A DNA stretch of 14,851 nucleotides from Amoeboradix gromovi X-113 (GCA_018985225.1 JADGIF010000203.1:1-14851); one strand, 5' to 3'. Positions 1 through 9,146 are shown, numbered from the stretch's first letter. The notes: generated by a model from the letters alone, not told the origin. Made by a program: numbers and translations.

Positions 1-74
1 TTTATTAATGATTTCCTCCGTATGGAGCACCTCCTTTAAAAACGAGTTAGTCTAGTTTTTATATTTGGTGTCCC
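1..74 (+). mobile_element. Right end of TIR 'ghost-Fanzor' element, copy A (continues beyond the left window edge)
   Basis: 1-74 closely matches ~5157-5232. It includes the CTCC-gtat-GGAG hairpin (16-27) and the TIR GTCTAGTTTTTATATTTGGTGTCCC (50-74), which is identical to 5208-5232. Confidence 0.85.
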
Positions 75-382
75 ATACTTGATTTTGATTTGGTCTACTT
101 TTTTCGTTTGAAAATACAATTTCACTTTTAAATGATGATATATCAATCAATAATAATTACATTGCTTCAAAAATAAGATTTTTGGACAGTTCAAGATTTG
201 AAGATTCGGAAAACATTATTTTTGCGATTTTGACAAGATTTGAGTTGGTCTGAGAATCACATTGGGTGTCCCTTATGTATGGACCTTGAACCAAGAATTA
301 ATTATGGCATGTTGAATCCAAATAAATTGGATTATAAAATTTTATAAAAGTTAAAACCTTGATTGGTCAACACATGAAACAC

Positions 383-560
383 CTACTCTAGTTTTTACAG
401 AGCAATAGTGATATTTTATTTAAAATCATTATTGTAGAGTCAATAGTTATCCTACAACTCTAAAATAAAGACCGAATGAAAGAGTAAGAGGATGTTTGTA
501 CAGAATATTTATTTTTAAAATTTCGATACAAATTGTCTAGTCTAGTTTTTACAGTGTCCC
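383..560 (-). mobile_element. Left-end fragment of the TIR element family, copy B
   Basis: 383-530 is the reverse-complement homolog of ~4861-4968, with an extra ~40 nt. It ends in a variant TIR, GTCTAGTTTTTACAGTGTCCC (540-560). The inner boundary is uncertain and may extend to ~280. Confidence 0.75.
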
Positions 561-565
561 ATTTA

Positions 566-763
566 TTATGACCAATCACAAGAATTATTAAATAAATAGT
601 TTACAAGTTTGTTTACCATTGATCTCTTTCTGGGTATTAAAAGACATCCAATTCTTCCATGCTTGGACCAGTTCCTCAGTGTTGATGGATGTATGCTGTA
701 CCTGCTAGTTATTTCTTCAGATTTGACATATCCAGGATCACATCCATTGATTCCGTCTACCAT
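566..763 (-). pseudogene. IS607-type serine recombinase (TnpA) N-terminal MerR-like HTH remnant, fused by internal deletion to a TnpB/Fanzor C-terminal fragment
   Basis: YVKSEEITSRYSIHPSTLRNWSKHGRIGCLLIP fits the IS607 TnpA winged HTH pattern (..GVHPxTLRxWxxxGKI..). No resolvase catalytic domain follows. The tail NKLVNYLFNNSCDWS aligns with the sequence just before RDHMAARNI in copy 2. Confidence 0.7.
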
Positions 764-888
764 TTGCGAAAAGGAAGAATATCGAGTGTTTAAGCTGTTG
801 GAAAATCTAGAAAAGTTACGAAATTATATAAAAATACATACAGATTCGCAGCAAATGATTTATTCATGAAAGCAATCGGGCTGTCGCC
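568..888 (-). mobile_element. IS607-like non-autonomous element, copy 1 (truncated next to TIR copy B)
   Basis: Colinear reverse-complement homolog of 13543-13864 over ~320 nt. It encodes an IS607 TnpA-type HTH. Confidence 0.8.
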
Positions 889-918
889 CATTTAAATTAT
901 GCTAAATCTATTTCTGTA

Positions 919-1353
919 TTACTGAACCATGTCTACAAACTGCATGTATAATTCATGTGAACAGATTGATTTTACCTTGCTTAATAATTCACTTTTGCTA
1001 ATTAATTTAGAGTTAAAGTCTTTTGTGTGCTGCACAACAAGCATATAATCATCACGATTTAATTCTGATTGAGCTTGCTTGAATATTTGTAGCCCGTCTT
1101 TAACTACAGTCTTCTCATGCAGGCTGGATATAATAGTATCCTTAAATACTTTGAGCTTAGCTAGTTCCTCTTCCATTTCTTTGTACTTAGACAACTGATC
1201 TGACAGACGATTATTTTCTATTTCAGTCAAATTCAGTTTTTGCATTAACTCTAGCTTTTCCGCCTTTTCTGAATCTATGATTTTTTCAAGCTCATGAATT
1301 TTAGCGTCAAAATCGTGTTGAATAGCATTTAGCTGTGAAAATACAGCATCCAT
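919..1353 (-). CDS. Coiled-coil protein with At4g15545-like (PAH-like helical) C-terminal domain, 144 aa
   Basis: Heptad-rich N-terminal two thirds. The C-terminal DGLQIFKQAQSELNRDDYMLVVQHTKDFNSKLISKSELLSKVKSI..ELYMQF resembles the DGKEFFRQARSRLSYEQF..IKELN..LY..F motif (recalled from memory, not searched). Confidence 0.65.
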   Translation of the reverse strand: MDAVFSQLNAIQHDFDAKIHELEKIIDSEKAEKLELMQKLNLTEIENNRLSDQLSKYKEMEEELAKLKVFKDTIISSLHEKTVVKDGLQIFKQAQSELNRDDYMLVVQHTKDFNSKLISKSELLSKVKSICSHELYMQFVDMVQ

Positions 1354-1589
1354 TCTAATGAAGGTGTTTCAAGTGGATTAACAAATGGCACGCGGTATGT
1401 GAAGAATACGCAGCAGGAATGAACTACAAAGACAGTATTTATCGAGTTACTGGATGAAAAAAGTACTAAAGCATGTGCAATGTAATTTTTTCAGACTACT
1501 GTGCCAACACGGGCATCGGCTTTAATTGACATCGCAATCATGGCAAATGTTATGAGTTCATATAGCATATTGGGTGATTTATTAATTTT

Positions 1590-4500
1590 CTATAGTAAAA
1601 ACGACTTTGTGAGTGAGAATTGTTCTTGTTCTGGTAGTATCTTTCTCATTTTTTCTAAAAACTCATTCACACTCATATATTCGCTAATGCTTCTACGAGG
1701 TGCCACATTTAATGCATGGTCTTCGCTTATATCAAAATCCCATACGTCATCATGCCCTACGTTATATTATTAATACCACTTAGGTTTGTTATTGTAGCCC
1801 CAGGTGAAAAAGTTATTTTGACGCTGTGTTGCTCATTTCTCTCATAGACCTCTATACTAATTTGACTAAGATAGTTCAACTCGTCTATACTACTCCGCGG
1901 TACTTTCATTTTAAATCCGCTAAGATATATAAGATTAAACAGAGCATGCATGTGACTTTCCTTGGTTACGTATATGCGAGTGAATCCCCCACTTACTGGT
2001 AACAAATTTACCAAAGAAGATGTACTCGAACTCGGGCTTACATCTCTTGCATCTGTGTTATGTGGGTTCACCAGCTCAAATATGTCCCATACTAATTTAT
2101 GTATTAAAGGCCCTGCTACTTGTTGGCCTATCAAAAACTTCTCTTCACTTGTTAAACCGTATTCACTAGGTGCTACAAAAGCAAACAATCTGCTTGATTC
2201 CCTATACAGCGTTCTCATTAATCTTTTTGATTCATTTTCGTCATTGTTTACACTCACATCGCTAGTTAAACTATCCATTCTATCATGTATTTCTACAGAT
2301 CTTCTGTTGTTACTCATGATATCTGCCATTTTCATTTTAAAATAATCTTCGTATTGCTCTGGCAATATTGTAGACATTGGAGTTGGACTGTTAATAAAGC
2401 TTGTGTTGCTTGTAATAGGCGTACTAATGGCTGCAGTTGGTGTACCACAAGATGGACTAATGACTGAAGCATTGGACTGGTCACTAAATATTGCTTGAAA
2501 AAAGGTTCTGTTGTGTAGAGCATCATAAATTAAACTATCAAATAATTCGCTTATTTTACTGATATCCACGCTCTCTTTAAGTGGATCGAATTCCTTAAAT
2601 ATGCGTTCCCATCTCTCTTTAAAGAACAGCGGAGAATCACCAGGGCAACACCAATTCTTTTGAATAAGATTTACATTTAATAAGGTAAAATTCGTGCTCA
2701 TATGGGCTCTCAACTTGAATAAAATACTTCTTAGTGTGTCTAAACAGCTGCTAGGTTTCTCCAACAAGCAAGCGGGAACTGGTGGCAACGCAGGTCCCTG
2801 TATTCTCTGCAGGAATATATTACGTTCATTTATTGTTAACGAGGGTATATCATTTATATAAGCTTGCAACGCTTTCTTTGATTTGTCCATTATATCTTTG
2901 CCACCAAAAGAATCATCCAGCATGTCTCTATCCACTGTTATATAATGATCTACGTTTTCTTTTAATAAAAAAGATTTTGCAAATATTTTGGCTGTTTGCA
3001 GCACTCTGTCTTCGGCCGCGCTATATATCTTCACATCCTCTAACAAAGTCTTGTTCATAACACTTATATCGTTCCTTAAAGACTGGCCCAGCTCCATAGA
3101 ATGTGCTGCATTCGCATGAGTGAAGTTTCCACCCCATTTAACAACACACTGGACCTTGACAACTAAATTATCAACAACAGAATGTGCCTTTATCTGAACC
3201 TTGGTACCTTCCAGTTCTTTCTTTCTATTAACCACATCAATCATATGCTTCAGCTTTGTTATCTCATCCTGTATTTTGCTGGGATCATTACCATCCAAAG
3301 AAACACCGTTTTTGTGATGCTTGGGAGAAGTATTGATTAAAGAAGGGTTAATATCGTTGTTTATTGAAATGTTTAAACGCATTGCCTTTGCTTGCAATTC
3401 CAACAACGCTTGCTGGCACTTTTCAACCACCATCTCTAATCCAACTTTGTTTTTTATAATAACCTCTGTCTTAACAGTGCCCATTATTGCTATAATTAAT
3501 GGATGCCTTAAACTAAACTTGCTCTTTAATTTTGGGGTCCTGTCTCCATGGCGGATACAGGTTATGAATCCTTTTAATTGCCATGGAGTCTCTTTTACAA
3601 TGTGAGGTTGCCTTTTGGCAGCTTTTAAAAACAGAGTTTTTAAGAATGCAGCACACTTGTTGTAATAAGTGTCGCTACCCTTAACAAAACTCCATCCGTT
3701 AACGTCTATAACATAGCTATCCCCATCTACCCTTAAGATGTCAAAACCACAAATACGTTGACCAAATGTAGCACTAATCTTTCTCGCCATATCGCTCTCT
3801 TCATTACTGAGTTGGGTAACATAACGTAGCTCTTTACCATCAGGATTGCGCCTGACTATGCCATCGACAACAGGGCTCTTCCTAGTTTCTGCATGGCTCA
3901 TATTCTTTCCGATTGTGTATACTTTGATGTCAACAGATGAGTTAGCATTTAAGAATTCTTCGTAAATATATGCGCGATCGGAACGAATCTCCCATAGATC
4001 AGCAACGTATTCACTCGATTTGTTACCAATTTTTCTAAATAGCTTTCTAGCACCACCACCTTGAGCTAAACTAAAATATATTATTAAATTATGATCCTCA
4101 GAATCAACAGGTTTTTCAGCAAATGGTTTTGTAAGACACCTTCCATTAATAGAGATAGTATCATAATCCAGTTGCTTAATTGCAACACCCATGGTACAGT
4201 GCTCTGAGTGATAATCTCTGAAATTGATTGAATCTAGATCCAAACCAGAATATTTTAAAACGCTAGATTTAACTTGGTCACTAACAACAGGGCCATCATC
4301 TCGATTGACAACTAGTCGTTTAGGCGTTTTAACATTCTGGTAATCTAAAATAGACAGTACCAGTCGACGGTCCCATAACACTTTTTGGAGCACTAGATCA
4401 TTGACTGAAAAAGGTTTGACGAGCTCCATGTAATTGATTACTTTATCCAAAGGGAAACCGGTGCTGAAAAATGATATTAAAAAATCACAGGTTGGCCAAT

Positions 4501-4642
4501 TTTGTATAGGTTCTTCTAAAATTAGTTGCTCTCCAAAAAGTACTACTTCAAATGTCTCTAGCAGTCTACGCAGTATATTATTCATTGGTTTTGATCTCGC
4601 TTTACTGTCCATCGCGCAAACACCAAGAATATATTTGGACAT
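1590..4642 (-). CDS. VIP1: Inositol hexakisphosphate/diphosphoinositol pentakisphosphate kinase (Vip1/Asp1/PPIP5K); 2 exons, 4642-1777 and 1756-1590, ~1010 aa
   Basis: GVCAMDSKARSKPM, DFLISFFSTGFPLDK, HAETRKSPVVDG and DVNGWSFVK mark the ATP-grasp kinase. RHGDRTPK and ELNYLSQI mark the histidine-phosphatase-like domain. Splicing 1757-1776 adds the family-like tail DFDISEDHALNVAPRRSISEYM..EFLEKM, with the stop at 1590-1592. Confidence 0.96.
1757..1776 (-). other. 20-nt spliceosomal intron in VIP1 (GTATTAATAATATAACGTAG)
   Basis: GT...AG with TAAC at positions 13-16. Removal deletes the premature TAG and restores the frame into a Vip1-like C-terminus. Confidence 0.88.
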
Positions 4643-4710
4643 TGTGTTTCAGAATGGAGTTAAAATACCAAAAACTTTAGTCATGCTTTTAACTGTTGCT
4701 TGTGATTTTA

Positions 4711-5235
4711 CATCTGAGACATCAAATATAAAAACTGGACTAACTTTCTGTAACAACTTGGAACATTATTTCAGCTTTATTAATTTATGGATTTAAGAGA
4801 CGAGTGGACATTCAGCTAGTTGCGGAGTTGACGAGTATGAAAGGAGAATAAATAACTTTTTGTATCGAAATTTCAAAAATAGATATTCTGTAGAGCTATT
4901 CTCTTACTCTTTCATCCAATCTTTATTTCAAATAAAATATCACTAATACTCTGTAAAAACTAGAATAGATAAGAGTAATGATGTCAGTATAACATTACAA
5001 AATGACTCTAGAAAAGAGTACCGTCTAAGAAAATGCACCTTTTGCTTGGATGCTCAAAGATCTCATATATTTGAAAGAGATGTAGGGTCTTCTAGTTTTA
5101 TTTTGAAGAGTGCATTGAAAGTAATGAGAGAAAATTGGTATAATAGAAGAAGATCTTTTATTAATGATAGTATTTCCTCCGTATGGAGCACCTTTAAAAA
5201 CGAGAAAGTCTAGTTTTTATATTTGGTGTCCCATG
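4711..5235 (+). mobile_element. Complete 525-bp TIR non-autonomous element, copy C, with putative TA target duplication; carries a Fanzor/TnpB 3' remnant
   Basis: Core TIRs 4716-4740 (GAGACATCAAATATAAAAACTGGAC) and 5208-5232 match at 22/25. The ends read ta|CAT...ATG|ta (TA at 4709-4710 and 5236-5237). Homologous to copies A, B and D. Confidence 0.85.
4947..5213 (+). pseudogene. Fanzor/TnpB-like C-terminal remnant (zinc-ribbon half plus RuvC-III), no ATG start upstream of the motifs
   Basis: The frame reads ..RKEYRLRKCTFCLDAQRSHIFERDVGSSSFILKSALKVMRENW..*. CxxC followed by xRDxxS/A..I(L) is the TnpB/Fanzor terminal pattern. Several differences from copy D are synonymous (tac/tat, ttg/tta, tct/tca). 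The same frame extends back to 4797 across one TAA (4944), which is TAT in copy B. Confidence 0.65.
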
Positions 5236-5255
5236 TAACACGGATCGACAAGTTC
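5155..5255 (+). ncRNA. Putative omegaRNA 3' scaffold plus flank-derived guide (TIR family)
   Basis: Segment conserved across copies A, C and D. The CTCC/GGAG stem is kept while the loop changes (gtat vs ttgc). Conservation stops at the element end. Boundaries are inferred from known Fanzor architecture. Confidence 0.45.
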
Positions 5256-5372
5256 CGGCAAAAGGCTGCTACAGCAAGATCAATAAACCTTGAGCAGAAT
5301 GTAACCTAACACGTTTTCGCAGTACGTGTTTTTTACATCGTTTTTTATTTTCATTTCTTTTTGAAACCAAGT

Positions 5373-7628
5373 ATGGATTTATCTCTGAACAATCCAAAAA
5401 TTGACACGAATAAACTGTTCTTGCCTAGTTTTAATCATAAAATCGATCGCAAACTCTTTATGGATATTTATACTGATATTTATAATGCATGCACGAAGAA
5501 TTCCCAACATGGCAAAATAGTCTATGATGCTCTCACTGTCTTTTTGAAAGCCAAGATGATTGAAACTCAGAAACAATGGCACCGTAATGGACCTACGCCA
5601 ATCTTGATTCAGTATCTAGACTTTTTTCAAAATTACAAAATCTCTGCAAAGTTTTATCATCACACCATGGATTACTTAAATCGCCATTGGATTAAACGTG
5701 AACTAGACGAAGGCAAGAGCATTTCTGACATAAACACTACCTGTTTAATTATCTTTAAAGACTGTCTATTTGAATCTGTAAAATCTGATTTACTAAACGA
5801 AGTGAAGCTCCTGTTATTCCAATTTCGGCAGTCAAATATTCAACATGTATACTCCCAGCTAACCAGCACCACTGTTCCAATCAATGCTTCTTCTTCTATT
5901 ATTCAATTGCAATCTCAGTTAAATGATCTCGTTTCCTCAATTCTATTATTCTGCCTTGATGATCAGAACTACTACCATGATCAGTTTATTGAACCGTTTA
6001 AATCATGGATGGTGCAGTATTCAGAGTACTACGATGGAATCCTATGTGACTACATTGAATCTTCATCGGTCAAACCTAATATAATCACACCTAATGAACA
6101 GTCGTGTACTGTTATTATTCAGTACATGACTCATGCTCAATCGATACTTAACTGGGAGTACCAACTGCTACTTAATTGTTTTAATCATTTGTTTATCGAT
6201 ACTCTAAAGTCTCAACTGCATGAATTGATCATCAATCGGTTCAAGCACCTAATCATCATGCACCTGCCAATATTCCTAGTCAAGTTAAACAGAAACGGAC
6301 TTTCTCTCGGCTATCACCTGTTAAACATCGTTGATACCAAAGCTGAATTGTTTGAGTTGGTTTATACTCATGTGCATGATCACTTGCTGGAGCATCAGTG
6401 GTCTGATGATGCTCCCACCAGTGGTTCTAATAATGCTATAAACTCAGGTGTTGTTAACCACTACATGGCTATTTACACTCATTTCATCACTTTAATGGAG
6501 TGCTTCAACAACGACCCTGGGTGTATAGCTTCTTTGGATAGAGCATTCACTGACTGTCTGAACAATATTCCCAACATTCCTGAACTGTTAGCAAAGCAAG
6601 CAGATTTAATTCTGAAGTCAAAACACCAGGATGTTAAACAAGAACTACAGCATGTGCTTATACTGTTCAAGTACATCAACGACAAAGACATATTCCATAA
6701 AGTGTACTCGAAAGGATTGTGTAAAAGATTGTTGTTCAACACTTCTATAAATGAGCAAGAGCAATGGATGGTTAGCCAGTTGAAAGAATATTGTGGGTAT
6801 GAATACACGAGTAAGTTGCAGCGACTATACTCAGATATTGAAGTGAGCAGAAATCTGTATTCTGAATTAATACCGTCATCAGTAGACATATTTAATGTCT
6901 CATTGAGCGTGATATCGACCGCAACATGGCCACTTGTGATTCCAAAAGAAACGATTCTACTGCCTGCTGAATTAGAAGCCTGCTGTAACAGAATTAATGA
7001 GGCGTATTCTAACAAGCATGTTGGTAGGAAACTGACATTTATGCAAACTCATGGTAAGTGCGAGATGCAGTACCATAGAGACAAGTCATATATATTGACA
7101 TGCAGTGTATTCCAGAGTGCATTGCTGATGTTGTATAATAATCGAGAGTCCTATACGCTGCAGGAACTGATGACATTATTAGGATTACCTATGGATACTT
7201 TGATACAGCATATGGGAATACTGATGAGAGCAAAGATTACAAAAGGAATAGTAATAACAACAGATCAGTTGAGCGATGCTTTAGAAAAGTGCACACCAGA
7301 GACGGTTGTGAGTATAAACATGGAATTTAGCAGCAAGAAACTAAGAATAAACTTGTTTCAATTCTTAAAGCAGAGCGCGCAGGCAGAGGATGAGGTTATC
7401 AACATGGACCAAGATAGACAACTAGTTATACAAGCGTGTTTGGTAAGAATAATGAAGAGCCGAAAAAGCTTAAAGTACGTAGTAGTAATGAATGAAGTGA
7501 TACAGCAGTTGAGCAACAAATTCAAACCAAAGATTGGGATGATAAAAAAATGCATAGATGTGCTAATTGAAAAAGAATACTTAAAGAGGGATGAAGCAGA
7601 TACGAACACACTAGTTTATTTAGCATAG
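5373..7628 (+). CDS. CUL1: Cullin-1 (Cdc53/Cul1) SCF scaffold, ~751 aa
   Basis: YLNRHWIKRE, NDPGCIASLDRAF, PELLAK, FKYINDKDIF, CGYEYTSKLQR, HVGRKLTF, the neddylation motif VRIMKSRK, and the end IKKCIDVLIEKEYL..YLA*. The first ATG is at 5373; the TTG at 5361 is unlikely in a eukaryote. Confidence 0.93.
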   Translation: MDLSLNNPKIDTNKLFLPSFNHKIDRKLFMDIYTDIYNACTKNSQHGKIVYDALTVFLKAKMIETQKQWHRNGPTPILIQYLDFFQNYKISAKFYHHTMDYLNRHWIKRELDEGKSISDINTTCLIIFKDCLFESVKSDLLNEVKLLLFQFRQSNIQHVYSQLTSTTVPINASSSIIQLQSQLNDLVSSILLFCLDDQNYYHDQFIEPFKSWMVQYSEYYDGILCDYIESSSVKPNIITPNEQSCTVIIQYMTHAQSILNWEYQLLLNCFNHLFIDTLKSQLHELIINRFKHLIIMHLPIFLVKLNRNGLSLGYHLLNIVDTKAELFELVYTHVHDHLLEHQWSDDAPTSGSNNAINSGVVNHYMAIYTHFITLMECFNNDPGCIASLDRAFTDCLNNIPNIPELLAKQADLILKSKHQDVKQELQHVLILFKYINDKDIFHKVYSKGLCKRLLFNTSINEQEQWMVSQLKEYCGYEYTSKLQRLYSDIEVSRNLYSELIPSSVDIFNVSLSVISTATWPLVIPKETILLPAELEACCNRINEAYSNKHVGRKLTFMQTHGKCEMQYHRDKSYILTCSVFQSALLMLYNNRESYTLQELMTLLGLPMDTLIQHMGILMRAKITKGIVITTDQLSDALEKCTPETVVSINMEFSSKKLRINLFQFLKQSAQAEDEVINMDQDRQLVIQACLVRIMKSRKSLKYVVVMNEVIQQLSNKFKPKIGMIKKCIDVLIEKEYLKRDEADTNTLVYLA

Positions 7629-7693
7629 CTGCAAAGCACAATAAATCGTTTTAAGAGTAAATTCATGCTCGCAGTGAGATTATAAATTAAATT

Positions 7694-8953
7694 TTATTCG
7701 TCAAATACCTTAACTGGGTCTGCATGTTCTGGGTATTGCTCATAATATTTGATGTTATCGTCTCGTGGACCGCGGTGCTTGTCATATAGAGGTTGGCAAT
7801 TAAAATTAAGTTGATAGTTGACCATTGGAGTAGTTTCATTTTCCATTTTCTTAAACGGACCATCTGGAGGATATTTATCGTAAAATATACCACTAGACTT
7901 GAGAGATAAATAATTAGAATATGTATATGCCACCTTTACTCGAGGAACCATTAAAACTCGAGGGTAACCTAATTTTATAAAATCTAGACAGAGAGTTTGG
8001 CACTCTGAGCTTGCACATTCCCCAGGATCTTTAAATAGAGCATTTCTGTTAGATCCACGTCTAAATATGTAGCCATTCAAAAATGGCTTCGCGGATAAGG
8101 AGACCATACCATTCCAAGCACAAGATACTTGTAATGGCAGCTGTTGTAGTCCCCTTCTTCGTGAGGGTACATCTCTATATATGTTATCCAGCTTGGCATA
8201 CTTAAACTGCAGTCCATTTATATCCAACGCAACCCAAGAATCATAGAATATAAGATTATTGCCCATTCCTTTTACGTAGTCCATACCCCCAGATATACTT
8301 GCTTTGTTCAAAACTCTTTGGAACTCTAATTCCAGCAAGTCATTGGCACAGAAATATATGTCATTGATAAATAACACGCTGTCATACGACAAGTGATCTT
8401 CATAATGGCCCGCATAATGCTTGATTTTTGCAACCGATCTATACAATGGATTCATGGCCTTGTTCCTTATGTAGACTAGATAATCTATACGATGGTTTCT
8501 ATCAGTATTGTTTAGAATGTTGTTTATTGGCGATGTCTCAATACGATGTTTTGATTCCAAGAAAGGCACATATTTGGAGAGAATACTGGTGGTATTGTCC
8601 AAACTTCCGCTCTCAAAAACACTTAAAAATACGTTTTTAGGTCCCACAAAACGAACAAATTCATTAATGCTCGTCATCAAATGAGGTAGGACATTTTCGT
8701 TGTTATGCAGGTTAACTGCTATATAATATTTTCTGTCCCTCAGTTTAATATATCTATCAGCTAAAATACTTTTACAAAAATCTTGACTCTCTAGTGGCTC
8801 TTGTGTAAAAGAAGACTTATTTGGCACCTGTTGAATTATTTGGTATTTTAGCAGAGTGGTTTTGGGTAAATTCATATACATAATACTACAGGCTATGAAT
8901 AATATTGCTTGTAAGTTGATTCCTCCAATTTTGACCATTTTACTTCGATGCAT
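7694..8953 (-). CDS. CAP59/CMT1-like alpha-1,3-mannosyltransferase (GT69), type II membrane protein, 419 aa
   Basis: N-terminal anchor, then YIAVNLHNNE, VFLSVFESGSLDNT, RIDYLVYIRNKAMNPL, VLFINDIYFC..DLLEL, FYDSWV..DING, CAWNGMV, ECASSEC..LCLDF and VPRVKVAY. Confidence 0.9.
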   Translation of the reverse strand: MHRSKMVKIGGINLQAILFIACSIMYMNLPKTTLLKYQIIQQVPNKSSFTQEPLESQDFCKSILADRYIKLRDRKYYIAVNLHNNENVLPHLMTSINEFVRFVGPKNVFLSVFESGSLDNTTSILSKYVPFLESKHRIETSPINNILNNTDRNHRIDYLVYIRNKAMNPLYRSVAKIKHYAGHYEDHLSYDSVLFINDIYFCANDLLELEFQRVLNKASISGGMDYVKGMGNNLIFYDSWVALDINGLQFKYAKLDNIYRDVPSRRRGLQQLPLQVSCAWNGMVSLSAKPFLNGYIFRRGSNRNALFKDPGECASSECQTLCLDFIKLGYPRVLMVPRVKVAYTYSNYLSLKSSGIFYDKYPPDGPFKKMENETTPMVNYQLNFNCQPLYDKHRGPRDDNIKYYEQYPEHADPVKVFDE

Positions 8954-9115
8954 TTAGGATTATCCGGCTTGGCGGTTTCAACATTGAACCGCATGTAATT
9001 TAAAGCCACTATAGCAAACTAATTGCTTTTGTCTCCTTTTAAAGGAGACTTGCCGATTTTTAGACAAGTAGTTTAAATCGGCAGTTTCTGAGATATATTT
9101 TGATAAACGGCCTAA
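8954..9115. other. Cluster of inverted repeats (candidate structured ncRNA or small foldback element)
   Basis: Stems at 8972-8992, 8966-70/9003-07, 9013-9027, 9031-9049 (9-bp arms) and 9051-9083 (9-bp arms plus inner pairs), with a possible closing stem TTAGG..TTATC / GATAA..CCTAA. Confidence 0.5.
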
Positions 9116-9146
9116 TTACTCCTTTTTAGGTGAAACGTTTACAATA

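Noticed and set aside
89-253. 54-codon open frame without ATG
   Set aside because: No start codon and no recognisable similarity.
264-378. Extra TIR core (GGGTGTCCC, 264-272) and patchy similarity of 283-378 to 14397-14455
   Set aside because: The matches are too short and AT-rich to fix boundaries by eye, though this may be more of copy B.
1757-1759. TAG/TAA-to-Gln recoding as the explanation for broken ORFs
   Set aside because: The downstream coding sequence is in a different frame, and CUL1 ends at a TAG exactly at its conserved YLA terminus.
1757-1779. Alternative 23-nt VIP1 intron using the GTGGTA donor
   Set aside because: It is also in frame, but the GTAT donor and 20-nt length match the second intron exactly. 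It cannot be excluded without cDNA.
4824-4841. GVDEYE as the Fanzor RuvC-II glutamate motif
   Set aside because: It is in frame with the remnant, but the expected following TS..C is missing, so chance is likely.
5301-5322. GTAACCTAAC...CGCAG, a possible 22-nt 5' UTR intron of CUL1
   Set aside because: The branch motif is at the wrong position relative to the two supported introns, and there is no reading frame to test it against.
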